Shown here piece by piece: positions 1 to 14,262 of a DNA stretch of 64,000 nt. The notes beneath the pieces are model-generated. The model was not told the origin of the DNA. It was given only the letters and a program-made list of their open reading frames with translations, and did no database searches. The position numbers and the translations under genes are program-made. This stretch comes from Octopus vulgaris (taxonomy: Eukaryota), in contig OX597832.1 of NCBI GenBank assembly GCA_951406725.2, positions 19,158,001-19,222,000 on the forward strand, in the 5' to 3' direction. Within the stretch, counting starts at the first letter, position 1, and each line of letters starts with the position of its first letter.

Positions 1-121
1 TTATATATATGTATATATGTATATATATATGTATGTATATATATATATGTATGCATATATGTATGTATATATATATTATATATATATATATATATGTATA
101 TATGTAAACATATATACATAC

Positions 122-196
<75 letters not shown>

Positions 197-199
<3 letters not shown>

Positions 200-800
200 A
201 TGTGTGTGCAAATGGAATAAAGCAAAGGTCATGTATTCCACTATGAAATATTAATTCTAAATATAATAAACTTTTATATTCGTAGTTGAAAAATTTATCA
301 CTGAATTGATACTCAGAGTTTTATATTCCGAGACGCTTCATATTTGCTTCTAATCAGCTGGGTATTTTGAGAGTGAAGATATGATGCTTGTCTATAGTTG
401 CATGTTTTACGGTTGCTTCCCGCTGGTTAATGTAGTGCACGTGATCAAGCATAGAGAAACTCGCAAAACCAAACATTCTTACATTATTTCTTGTATTAAA
501 ATGAGACAGTTCTGGGTTGTATGATTTAAATATATTTAACCACTCCTGTGTTTGAAAATTTGGGATATTTTCTAAAATCTAGGAAATTTTGCTCGGACAA
601 TCTTTACATTTAATTAACCTCTTAATGTATGCCTAGGTTTTTTGAAAGACGGCATAAACTGAGGTGTGTGATATCTAGTGAATGGTAGATCATCATAGAA
701 TCCGGGATGATATTTCCGTTTACTGTCTATATGTATTCTGGTTTAGGCTCGTAGTTTACCGTCTATGTCTAATGCAGTTTTAGGCTTATATCATTATGAA
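197..800 (-). mobile_element. Possible degraded Penelope-like retroelement fragment
   Basis: Minus strand gives short peptides LPFTRYHTP (~660-686) and KIVRAKFP (~578-602), resembling the PLE RT-thumb/linker motifs (LPFxTTYHP, LVRAKF); abuts a (TA)n tract. No continuous ORF. Confidence 0.3.
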
Positions 801-812
801 TACGTAAGGATA

Positions 813-1213
813 TTAGAGGCTGGGCTGAAATATTCCTAGGCTGATTATGAAGATGTAATGATGGAGCTGTGAAATCTTAGATCTATTAATTTCCACTCTT
901 GTTGCTAATATATTTTTTACTACTTACAAGGGGCTAAACACAGAGGGGACAAACAAGGACAGACAAAGGGATTAAGTCGATTATATCGACCCCAGGTCGT
1001 AACTAGTATTTAATTTATCGACCCCGAAAGGATGAAAGGAAAAGTCGACCTCGGCCGAATTTGAACTCAGAACGTAACGGCAGACGAAATACGGCTACGC
1101 ATTTCGACCGGCGTGCTAACGTTTCTGCTAGTTCGCCATTGATGTTTTCCAGGTAAGCAGACAACTGACTGCTCAAAGAAGACTTCAAATGTAAGTAGTA
1201 GCGACTTCTCTCA
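813..1213 (+). mobile_element. 5' end (TIR and leader) of a mariner element, interrupted by a SINE
   Basis: 813-905 and 1140-1213 align with the reverse complement of 28090-28250 (gggctga, ttccaggtaa.c.gaca.ctga.tg.tcaaa.aagacttcaaat), the 5' end of the mariner at 27-28 kb. Confidence 0.6.
913..1137 (-). mobile_element. tRNA-derived SINE family A (Meta-SINE-like central domain)
   Basis: B-box-like gagttcaaattc plus cctttcatcctttcggggtcgataaattaa core on the minus strand; more than 12 related copies in the window. Confidence 0.85.
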
Positions 1214-1780
1214 CATTCCTTCGTCTCTCTGCCTTCTCCAACTCCTCTCCTCCTCTAACATGTGATCTCCGTCCGGCTTATGCGTTGTCATTTTTCGGCT
1301 GACTGCTTTGAGGTCAGTCGCATCTGTTGTTTTCTCTCGCCACCCGGTCAGTTAAAATTGTTCAATTTCCTTTCTCCTTGCGCTAGCTTCCTACACTGTC
1401 CTATAGACGAAAGACTTTGTTTTGTTTCCTTTCCTTCTTCTTTTCTGTATAGCCGAAAGCCTTTTGTTTTTTATATAGGTGTAATTCTATTTCTTATGTT
1501 ATGTTCATCCGGTAGTCGGAAGATCCCTTCTGTTTTTTATTTCGTTGTGTTTGTAAATGTACATTCATTTGCCTTGCTCAAGGGCTTAATGTCTTTAGCT
1601 TAAGCCCTTGGCCCAACTGGTTTCGTGTAGTCCCAGAGAGAATAGGCCGAAACTACGTGGACATTCCATATTCCGACTAAAGAAGCAATTGGCTGCGAAT
1701 GATCCGTGAAACTTGTTTTGTCCTGCTTGCCGTTGTGTGCTATCGTCTTTTCCTTCTGTTTAATGTTTTCACGATTTCCA
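1214..1780 (+). repeat. Pyrimidine-rich interspersed element ending in (TA)n, possibly PLE-derived
   Basis: Organisation similar to 47570-47850 and the reverse of 12620-13040; ends at a (TA)n tract. Class assignment is an inference. Confidence 0.3.
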
Positions 1781-1795
1781 TATATATATATATAT

Positions 1796-2668
1796 GGTGT
1801 CTGGTGAATTTATGGAAAATAATCCCATAAAACTCAACAATTTTGTTTAAAATGGAGAAGAGAAGATGTTAGAATATATAAGATAAGTTTAATTCATGCA
1901 GACGATCGTTTCGTATAGCGAAATAAAAATCATGCAAAATCATGTTTGAATAGAAATAATTAAGTTAATTAAATTGTTTATATATCACTGTACACTTCAG
2001 TGCAAGACGTATAAGCAAAATTTTTACAAAGGACTTGAGAAAGGAAATAGAATAGTTCCTAGGAGATCCGCATTTATCTTTATGAGAAAAAAAGGATGTG
2101 AGTTCAGTTAACTAAAATTAAAGCCTGTAACGATTATTTGAAAATATAATTAAAGGATGTTTTAGAGAAGTCCCCTGTATAGATGAGTATGGAGATTAGA
2201 AATACTAACTCCAAATAAGTCGCGTTGGATAAAGATTGCCAAGAAATATCCAATGGAAAGGCATAGCTATATTTGGATTAAAATATGACCTGACACTTAG
2301 AAACAATACTAAGTGTGGTGTATATTTTCAAAAATTTTATACATGAGTATGTAGTTAATCTCGAAGAGATATTGTATTAGGGGGCTATTGGATTGTTAAC
2401 GTAAAAAAGTGTTATAGAGGTTAAAACATGTTTAAAGAGAGAATAAGATCCGTAAAATGGACTTGTGGTTGCACAAGAACTAATATTCGTTGGTATTTAT
2501 TAAATATAAGATACAAAAATAAATATAAGCAGAAAAAAAATAGTTGTTAATACTACAATTTAGATAGCAAATATTTGCTAGGGCTATAAAGATGAAAAAA
2601 GATTGGTCAGAGATTTATTATTGCATGTAGGAATACTGAAAAATAACAATCTCCCCTAAATTGTTATT

Positions 2669-2670
<2 letters not shown>
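1796..2670 (-). mobile_element. (TA)n-flanked non-coding element carrying a hammerhead-like motif (putative non-autonomous PLE/pLTR)
   Basis: Bounded by (TA)n on both sides (1780-1795, 2671-2717); contains the ribozyme-like motif at 1897-2004; no ORF. Confidence 0.5.
1897..2004 (-). ncRNA. Type I minimal hammerhead ribozyme-like motif (core A9>U variant)
   Basis: Minus strand: UGCA-CUGAAGU-GUACAGUGA...UCGCUAUAC-GAAAC-GAUC-GUC-UGCA. Stem I is 4 bp, stem II pairs at 8 of 9 positions, stem III has a palindromic GAUC loop, and the cleavage triplet is GUC. Confidence 0.6.
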
Positions 2671-2751
<81 letters not shown>

Positions 2752-2829
2752 CTATATGTATGTATATATACATGCATATAGAAACACACACACACACGCA
2801 TATTCATACATATATATATAGAGAGAGGG

Positions 2830-2907
<78 letters not shown>

Positions 2908-3149
2908 GTAAATATAGATAAATATAATATATTCCTATATATATATATATATATCTATAAATATATATAAATACAAATATATATATATATAGTAGTTTCC
3001 TTTCTTTCACTAAGTTTTCATTGTTAGAAACGTCAGGAACTGTAGTGACATAGCTTTATGTCACAAGACTATAATTACTAGTTTAGCACAAATGTCCTTG
3101 TAACTCAAAAAATAAAAAAAAACAGTCAATTCAAGCATATTAGTGTTTT

Positions 3150-4485
<1,336 letters not shown>

Positions 4486-4612
4486 CATGCGCCTGTTTAT
4501 TCACACGCATATGAGGATGTATTCTCACATGCGCATTTGTATGCGTGTATCCGTCTCACTATGTCTATATACGCAGTTACGTACTTATGCATGTATAAAC
4601 TTATAAGTATAT

Positions 4613-4676
<64 letters not shown>

Positions 4677-4719
4677 ATGTGTGTAAATATATATGTATAT
4701 ATATATATATATATATGTG

Positions 4720-4798
<79 letters not shown>

Positions 4799-4959
4799 AC
4801 GTGTGTGTTTATTTATAAGTTTATTTATGTATGCATATATACGTATATGTCCATATATGTGTGTGTGTGTGTGTGTGTGACTGTGTTTATGTTTGTTTGT
4901 GTATACGTGTGTCCCGCATATGTGACATTGTGTAAATATATGTCTATACATATATTCCA

Positions 4960-5022
<63 letters not shown>

Positions 5023-5490
5023 TATATACATATACATGTATATATATATACACACACATACATAGACACATATACACATACATAGTTCTGTACTTCAATT
5101 AGCTTGTCCATGAACATGTGCTATTAATAAGCTTCCCTACTTAAATTTCTATTTATTTATATATTACAATAATGATTGCATGTCCACTGTTCCTCGTCTT
5201 TGTTTTGATACTTGATATTACTGAAAAACCGTCTGCGAAAGAGGCATCTGTCTGACTGATTCTTTAGAGCTTTCAGCTTGTTAACAGGTATATTTGAAGT
5301 GCAAGCATATACGATTGTTTCATTATAATACCAACTTTATAGCTGTTTCATTGTTGCAAGAACTCTTTTTCTTTCTTAATATTTTTTTTTGTATTTTTTT
5401 TTGTTTTGTTTTGTTTTTACGTGCGAAAACATTAAAGCGTGATCAATAACGTGTTTTCAAGGGAAGCCGGTACATCCTGATGTAGCGTAC

Positions 5491-5612
<122 letters not shown>

Positions 5613-5666
5613 ATATACGTATATGTGTGTGTATGTGTATATATATATATGTATATATACATATAC

Positions 5667-5697
<31 letters not shown>

Positions 5698-5754
5698 TAT
5701 ATAAATATATATATATACATATATATAGAGAGAGAGAGTAATATAGATATTATA

Positions 5755-5804
<50 letters not shown>

Positions 5805-6479
5805 AATGTATATGAGTGTGCATGCATATTTGTATACACGTATATATACACCCACTCAACCACTCAAAGAAAGGAAGACGTATACATCATTGCTGCAGGT
5901 ATTGATATTTGTCTAAATGCGCGTACGCCCTTACGTACAAATATACTTACATCCAAAACTTACACACAACAAAATACACACTCATGCACTTACCCCCACC
6001 CCCACCCCCACACACACACACACACAAATACATAAACAAGCACGCACACGCGCATACACTCTCAGATATTCATACACATATACATCCGTTATGGAATACA
6101 ATCTCTAAATTCATTCCGATATCCGTCTTCATTTATTCGGTGCCTTCAGAAAACAACACCGGCCGGCAAACTTTATCGTGCATTTCCAATGCCTATACTC
6201 ATCGCTCCCCAACGATCGCACTTACTGTGTATTTTATACAAAATATTATATAAATACATGCCGTTGCGTCAGTGGTATCTCCACGCAAAATATTCGCTTC
6301 ATCCGTGTTAATATCTACTAGGAAACAGACGTTCATGCTTATTCCGGATTTAATTACATCGATATTATATATATAATACAAGAATAATGCACAATAGTTG
6401 TAACGGCATTCCCCTTTATATATATTCAGTACAGCTTTGAACGGAATGCCCCATATATCATTAACGACCTGAGTCGGAC

Positions 6480-7130
6480 GTGAATGAATAAATGGAGCTT
6501 AAATGAATGAAGCAACAGAATGAACAAACAATTGCCATAGAGAAAGAGGTCAGCGTTTCTTTGTAGATTATGGGGGAACACCCATGATTCCTGTAACACA
6601 AATAAGATATGTCACCTGTGTGGTCTATTTTCTGAAACTATTCAACATATTGTATGAGGATGTCCCATATTAGCTTCAACATAATACATTAGGAAACGTA
6701 ACAACGTACACACGACTGCTTTACAAATGCTTCAGCTCCACATATGATCATCTTAGAAAAAAAGACAACGTAAAGATTCTATGGATCTTTAGCATACAAA
6801 CAAACCATGATCTAGCGCACAATAAACTTGACGACAATTTTCTTGACAGGAATGACAATAGCGACCTAATAATTTGACATATCAATACTGAGTGACTATA
6901 AAGCCGTGAAAGAAGCGAGCTGAAAAGCTAAGAAACCACGCGAATTTAACTATTGAATTGAAAACATTACAACAATTGTGACTGTATTTCCAATTGTAAT
7001 TGGTACAATTGGACTGATATACAATCGCCTTTATATACATAAACATCGACAAGTAACCTATAAATTAGAGACACATGCGCGTTCCAGAAAATAACAAATA
7101 CTAGGGTTTACAAATATTGTTAGAACTTTT
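6480..7130 (+). mobile_element. 3' remnant of an R4/Dong-type (restriction-like endonuclease) non-LTR retrotransposon
   Basis: 6601: NKICHLCGLFSETIQHIV*GCPILAST*YIRKRNNV (CCHC knuckle plus RHN-like motif); ~6764: DNVKILWIFSIQTNHDLAHNKLD (cf. ILWDFxIQTD..RPD); ~6980 VFPIVIGTIG; multiple stops and frameshifts. Confidence 0.8.
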
Positions 7131-7744
7131 TTTTTTTTACAAAGCTGTTGTTAACCTTGAATATATATTTTTTTATGAATGAATGGTATACTGTGGAGTG
7201 TAGTAGTGGCGTTGGTGGAACGTATTTTCAACAGCTCTTATCGGAGGAGTGGTAATAATTCATGAATATTTTTTGAAAGGGTTGTGTTTCACAGAGCGAC
7301 AGAGGATGCCACTGGTTACGGGTTAACCTGTGGTTTTTAGATAGTACGGAACCCTGGATGTGTTGGACATTAATAGAAAGGTAGAGGGAGAGGGAGAGAA
7401 GGAGAGAAAGGAAGAAATGAAAAGAGAGAGAGAGAGAGAGAAAGAGCGCGTCATTCATTAAGAGGGGAAATCAAGTGACAAAGAACCTAAAGGTGTGATC
7501 TGAATTCTTTTAGCATACATGCGAAGTCTTTTTTTTACGTTGTGACGTTTTGACTGTTATTTTTGTCGCCATTGTTGTTGTTGTTGCTGAGGTTCTTCTT
7601 CGTCCGAGTTTTGTTACTGTTGCTGCTGCTGTTGTTGTTTTGGCTGTCGTTGTTGCTCCTTTTGCTCCTGCTGTTGTTTTGTATTATTTTGTCCTTGTCA
7701 ACGCTGATGCTACTGCTGTTTTTTGATCTTTACCTTTTGACCTA

Positions 7745-7960
7745 AAGATTGAAAAAAATAATTTTTTGTGACCAAACACTTTCAAACTTCGGACACTAGT
7801 ACAATGTGTCATATAAAACATCTTTTACTCTTAGTATTTTTGAGAAAATCTTATATTTACGAAGTTATTTCTCGTTAAAGTTGTCCTATTTTTGGTAGTT
7901 TCAACTAATCAATGACGTGTATTCAGCTGAATGAAATTACTGATGCTGTTTGTTCACAAC
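7745..7960. repeat. Interspersed repeat (MITE or DNA-element-like), copy 1
   Basis: Aligns with 15840-16045 (aaacttcg..., aagtta.tt..cgttaaagttgtc.tattt, tttcaactaatcaa.gac.tgtattc.g.tgaa). Confidence 0.6.
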
Positions 7961-8090
7961 AACTCACAAGGCTTTGGTCGGCCCGAGGCTATAGTAAAAG
8001 ACACTTTCCCAAAGTGCCACGCAGTGGGACTGAACCCAGAACCATGTGGTTGGTAAGCAAGTTACTTACCACACAGCCACTCCTGCGCCT
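7961..8090 (-). mobile_element. SINE family B (CORE-like), 5' half
   Basis: Reverse complement reads aggcgcaggagtggctgtgtggtaag...gggttcagtcccactgcgtggcac.ttggg.aagtgtctt (A/B-box head plus CORE-like motif). Confidence 0.85.
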
Positions 8091-8110
8091 ATATGTTAGT
8101 GGTTGTGGAG

Positions 8111-9105
8111 AAGTCGATTGAATATCGAGCCCCGTTCTTGACTAGTATGAACACGACGTCATTGAACTTCAAATGTAAAAAGCCGGAAGAAACAGCACTA
8201 CGCATTTAATCCAAAGCTACAACGGCTCTGCCCATTCAGGGCCTTCCTCTGATCTGATCAACAAAACGTGATTTCTTTTAATCAAAAAAAAAAAAAAATG
8301 TTACAGCATGTTTTGGGCTGTCTGTAAAGGCATGTTGTCCTAATAAAATTACCCCTGCCAATAAATATAGATTTCAAATTTTGGCACAAAGCCAGCAAAT
8401 TCGGGGAGGTAAAAAGTCAATTATATCTTTTTTTTTTCTTTATTGCCCACAAGGGGGCTAAACATAGAGGGGACAAACAAAGACAGACAAACGGATTAAG
8501 TTGATTATATCGACCCTAGTGCGTAACTGGTAGTTAATTTATCGACCCCGAAAGAATGAAAGGCAAAGTCGAACTCGGCGGAATTTGAACTCAGAACGTA
8601 ACGGCAGACGAAATAAAGCTAATCATTTCGCCCGGCGTGCTAACGTTTCTGCCAGCTCGCCGCCTTTATGTTACTGTTCTTCCTTTATATTTCCTGCAAG
8701 CAAATACTAATTTCTTTATTGCCCACAAGGGCCTACACACAGAGGGGTCAAACAAGGACAGACAAAGGGATTAATTCAATTACATCGACCCCAGCACATA
8801 TCTGGTACTCATTTAATCGACCCCGAAAGGATGAAAGGCAGAATTTGAACTCAAAACGTAACGGCAGATGAAATACCTATTTCTTTACTACCCACAAGGG
8901 GCTAAACACAGAGAGGACAAACAAGGACAGACTAACGGATTAAGTCGATTATATCGACCCCATTGCGTAACTGGTACTTATTTAATCGACCACGAAAGGA
9001 TGAAAGGCAAAGTGTACATAGGGAGAATTAGAACTCAGAACGTAACGGCAGACGAAATACCGCTATGCATTTCGCCCGGCGTGCTAAATTTTCAGCCAGG
9101 TCACC
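8111..9105 (-). mobile_element. Cluster of SINE family A copies (8111-8245 degenerate; 8437-8665 full; 8710-8877 and 8878-9100 tandem)
   Basis: Repeated gacccc gaaaggatgaaaggcaaagtcgacctcggcggaatttgaactcagaacgtaacggcagacgaaatac blocks, all on the same strand. Confidence 0.85.
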
Positions 9106-9651
9106 AGCATATACTAATAACGAGATTGCTTTGCAACTGAGAAAAAGTTCACAAATTGACTTGAACCCAGCTCCTCCTAGACGTTTAGGCCCACTTACTT
9201 CTGGTATTTTTTTGAGTATCTAAATGCTGTACACTAAATACTGATAAGGATGTTTAAAAGCAATAATAATGAAATTAATAAATCTCTTATTAAGAAAATC
9301 CTGATTATTCGTTCAGTATTCTTGTAATCTGCCCGGATTGTGACACAGCAGAAAAATCCAAATACTTTTTATTATTTATTTAGATTTTTAAATGATTTTG
9401 TCGAGAACATTTTTTCGTAATTCTCCGATAATTATATATGGGAGTCGCCGTTTCCAGATACAGAGTACAAGCACTGTCCCGTGTGGAGTTCTTCTGGTGT
9501 CTGCTATTGTGATGGCGTCCCTCACTATATCTATATAAAAACACTAAGAAAATCAATCTGTCCATAATATGTTGAAGCAGAGAGCGGAAATTCAGCCAAG
9601 AAATGATGTATATATTCAGCCAAGATATTACACACACACACTTATATAGGT

Positions 9652-9761
<110 letters not shown>

Positions 9762-9917
9762 CGTGAGTATGTATCTATAAGTATTTTCTTCGTAGTTCGG
9801 CATGACTGGTGATTGATGGAGCGTTCACGAAACATAACGTAACGGTACAAGGCATCTGCCTAATAAAAATAACAGTCGAGTTATGTTCAATTGCACGTCA
9901 TGAAAAACGTAATTATA

Positions 9918-9988
<71 letters not shown>

Positions 9989-10263
9989 CATGTGTAAGTG
10001 TTTGTGTGTGTATGAGTGTCAGTAGTATGTCTATGAATGTATGTGTGTATGTGAGTGTATGTGTGTATGTGTGCGTACAGAGAAGTATGTATAAGACGCG
10101 AAGAGTGTATAAAAATAATTTGGTTTATGAGAGAAAACTCTTCCATGAAGCAAAAAAAACTATATGAAATTACTTTGTCAGTGTTTTGGCGTAAAAATAT
10201 ATACATACACACACACATATATATATACGTATATACATATATATATATGTACATACATGTGTT

Positions 10264-10307
<44 letters not shown>

Positions 10308-10448
10308 TATATACATATATATATGTATGTATGTATTATGTATACTTATATACATACATACATGCACTCACAAGCATAACACCCAAACACTCACACAAAC
10401 ATACATATATAGAAGTAAAGCATTATTGCTTGAAAACGAAACATTAAA

Positions 10449-10502
<54 letters not shown>

Positions 10503-11010
10503 GTGTGTGTGTGTTTGTTGATGCATCTCTGTCTGTGTGTGTGAGTTTGTGTGTTTGTAGATATATAGATGGATATATAAATAGATACATACATACATAC
10601 AAACCCACACACATACATACATACATACATACATACATACGCGTGCGTATGTATCTCACTCCAGTTACGACCGTCCAATCAGTTGTATGTCTATGCACGT
10701 ATCAACGTACGTAGGAATCTAAGGCGAACGAATAATTATTCCGCTGTTTAATCGACAGACCAGATTATTCAGTCATATACGAATGAGTGAGAGTTATTTT
10801 AATGTTTATCATTTCCCTAGAACTCCTCCATGCTCCATTGAACTCTTGATTAATAAATAATGCATAAATTTCAAGATTGCTTTTTTTTTTACACTCTTGG
10901 TCAGATGTGGTTAATATAAATGTGTGTGTATGTATACGTACGCACTCACACAGAGAGGCTTACACACGCACACATATATATGCTCATATATACACATACA
11001 TACATATATG

Positions 11011-11057
<47 letters not shown>

Positions 11058-11131
11058 GTATGTATGTGTGTATGTATGTATATGTGTGTGTATGTACATA
11101 TATGCATATACATACATTTACATACACATGC

Positions 11132-11177
<46 letters not shown>

Positions 11178-11709
11178 GTGTGTTTGTGTGTGTATGTATG
11201 TTTATAAATATATACACCCACTGACATAAATGTACTTATAGATGATTATATGTAAGTGTGTGTGTTTTTGTGTGTATGTGTGCATGTCTATGTATGGATG
11301 TGTGTATGCACATATACACACACACACACACACATGCACACATATATTCTTGCATACATAAATACATGCCCACATACAAGCATGCATACATACATAACTG
11401 AATACATACATACATACATACATACATACATACATACATACATACATACGTAACTGCATACATACATATATACATACGTACGTACATACATACTTCAATA
11501 TTAACTGTTATATATTTGGAGATGGAAGTAAGTATATTATTGTTAACTTAACACATTCATTAAGTGACCGTTAAATGTTCGCCACATGAACGTTTTTCTT
11601 GATGCGATAACAATGTCAGCCGTGTTCTCATTTTGTCACCTTGAAATTTTTTTTTATTTTTCTCAAAACTTCATTTCTTGTTATTGTTGTAGTTCTTCTA
11701 GCTGGTTCC

Positions 11710-11960
11710 CTTCTTCTTCTTCTTCTTCTTCTTCTTCTTCTTCTTCTTCTTCTTCTTCTTCTTCTTCTTCTTCTTCTTCTTCTTCTTCTTCTTCTTCTTC
11801 TTCTTCTTCTTCTTCTTCTTCTTTTCTCCTTCTTCACCTTCTTCTTCTTCCCCTTCTTCTTCACCTTCTACTTCTTCGTCTTCTTCTACTTCTTCTTCTT
11901 CTTCTTCGTCTTCTTCTACTTCTTCTTCTTTTTCGTCTTCTTCTTCTTCTTCTTTTTCTT
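11710..11960. repeat. (TTC)n microsatellite, degenerating at the 3' side
   Basis: Directly visible. Confidence 0.95.
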
Positions 11961-12192
11961 ACTTTTCTTCCCCTTCTCCTTCCTCTTCCTGATTCTCCCC
12001 CACCCCCTCCTCGTCGCCTGCCTAATCCTCCACTCTTCATTCTCCTTCATCTCTGATGGAACAGACCTTTAATCAAAATAGTTTCAATGACATTCCGACC
12101 TGTGTCAAATCTATCTACGAGTATATATCTTCTGAGCGCATTCTCTCGTTTAACACATTAGAATATGAGCTGAGGAATGTTTGGCGGCTATA

Positions 12193-12247
<55 letters not shown>

Positions 12248-12497
12248 ATAATGTATGTGATGTGTGTTGAGCGTGTGTACGGTATGTGTGTGTGTGTGTG
12301 TGCGATTCATCTTGCCTTGCTAACGTCTTTAAAGTGACTTTCTCGGGACGAAATACCACTGCTAAAATGATATGTTTACCAATACAAATACATTCAGCAT
12401 ATGATATCGGGATATATATCTAAATATATATGTGTGTGTGTGTGTATACATATGTATATGTACATATTTACATCTATACGTATATACATATGCACAC

Positions 12498-12607
<110 letters not shown>

Positions 12608-12616
12608 TGCATATGT

Positions 12617-13040
12617 GGGCACAGGACGTCATGGAACGTGCAGCAAAATAGTACAAAGCACGAGTACATGGAACATGAAGAACATGAATATTCTTTCGAA
12701 CAACGAAAGACACAAATGGAAAATAAGACAAGCAACACAAAGAACAATTCTTCATCATTTGTTGGCTGATTTTCTACTCTCGTATTTCGAGCATTTAACA
12801 ACAATATACGCTTTCGATAAAACAGTTGCTCCGGCAAAGCAAATTAAATAAAATTTTTAATTTTGCGGATGGTCAAGATTGGTAGCACAACAAAGTAAAA
12901 ACAAACAGGAAGGGTGGCTATGCCTAAACGTGGTTGTAGTGGTGACGGCGAACGCGTAAATCAAGCTTGGACAGGAGACAGACAAGAACACGTCTTCTTT
13001 GTTCCAGCTACAACGGAGAGAAAGAAAGGAACACAAAAAT
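12617..13040 (-). repeat. Interspersed element starting at (TA)n (gg.acaggac...ttcgaacaacgaaa family)
   Basis: Start aligns with 44363-44490 (gggtacaggacatc...tttcgaacaacgaaa...gaaa.gagaca..caac.aagaa); both copies are adjacent to AT microsatellite. Confidence 0.55.
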
Positions 13041-13364
13041 TTATTTATGCATGCATGCGCTGGAGAAGTAAGCTTAAGCGTTCCAGTGACAAAAATATAC
13101 AAGACAATTGTTCGTTGCTAAATACTAAGAAGCCAATAAGGGCGTTCAGTGTATTACATCTTATATACTTAGTTTTAAAAATCCAGCAAACCCGGTTGCC
13201 TTGAACATGACACTAAAATTCGTATTACAAACTTATGCATTTTTACTCCTTAGTCCATCCGTGTTACCGGACAACCAACTTGGACTATATATATGGAGAG
13301 AGAGAGAGAGACATTATTTCTGAATCTCTCAATGATTCAGTAACAGTTCTTTAAAGTAAAAGCA

Positions 13365-13567
13365 TTTGCCAACATAATATGGCTGTCCTGGAAGGGACGA
13401 TATTACTGTTGTTTAGCCCCAGGAAACTTCGTTTCCAGTGCTGGACTCCCTGTTCGAAAATATAAGGACAAATATATTGTATCGTAAGCCAGCTGGAAAC
13501 GATGTTTCCTGGGGCTAAACAACTGTAACATATGTCTCTTCCAAGACAGTCACATTAAGTTGGCTAA
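13365..13567. repeat. Imperfect fold-back (about 80-bp arms, about 45-bp spacer) ending at (TA)n
   Basis: 13365-13444 is the approximate reverse complement of 13489-13567 (shared core gttgtttagccccaggaaac.tcgtttccag). Confidence 0.85.
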
Positions 13568-13570
13568 TAG

Positions 13571-13651
<81 letters not shown>

Positions 13652-13869
13652 GTATATATATATATGTATACATATATATATATACAGAGAGAGATAAAGA
13701 GAGAAAGAGAGAGACAGAGATTGAGGCAGACAGACAGACAGACAGACACCGTTATCCTCTGGGATTCTGAACACATTCATAACATCAGTTGAAAAATTAT
13801 AGTTTTGATCATATTTGATGTCGCTTGTGTAGCTGCTGTTGGTGCTGCTGCTGTTTTCATTGTCATCTT

Positions 13870-13911
13870 TGTTGATGACGATGATGATGATGATGACGAT
13901 GATGATGACGG

Positions 13912-13953
<42 letters not shown>

Positions 13954-14262
13954 CAATGATGATGATGACAATGATGATGATGACGATGATAATGATGATC
14001 ATGGTGATGGTGGTGATGATGATGATGATGATGATGATGACGACGACGATGACGACGACGATGATGATGATGATGATGATGATGATGACGACGATGATGA
14101 CGACGATGATGATGATGATGATTATGACGACGACGATGATGACGATGATGATGGTGATGATGGTGGTGGTGGTGGTGGTGATGATGATGGAGATCATGAT
14201 GGGGATCATGATGATGATGATGAAGACGACGACGGTGACGACGAAAATGATGACCGCGACGT
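13870..14262. repeat. Compound (GAT)n/(GAC)n/(GGT)n microsatellite
   Basis: Directly visible; accounts for the poly-D, poly-M and poly-I ORFs. Confidence 0.95.

Noticed and set aside
8111-9105. Regularly recurring similar blocks resembling a CRISPR-like array
   Set aside because: Units are 170-230-bp SINE copies without unique spacers; no cas genes; eukaryotic context.
9441-9501. Hammerhead-like GACAC-CAGAAGA-ACUCCA...UGG-AAAC-GGCG on the minus strand (similar weak case at 310-360)
   Set aside because: Core, stem II closure and cleavage site are all defective; not supportable without a family consensus.
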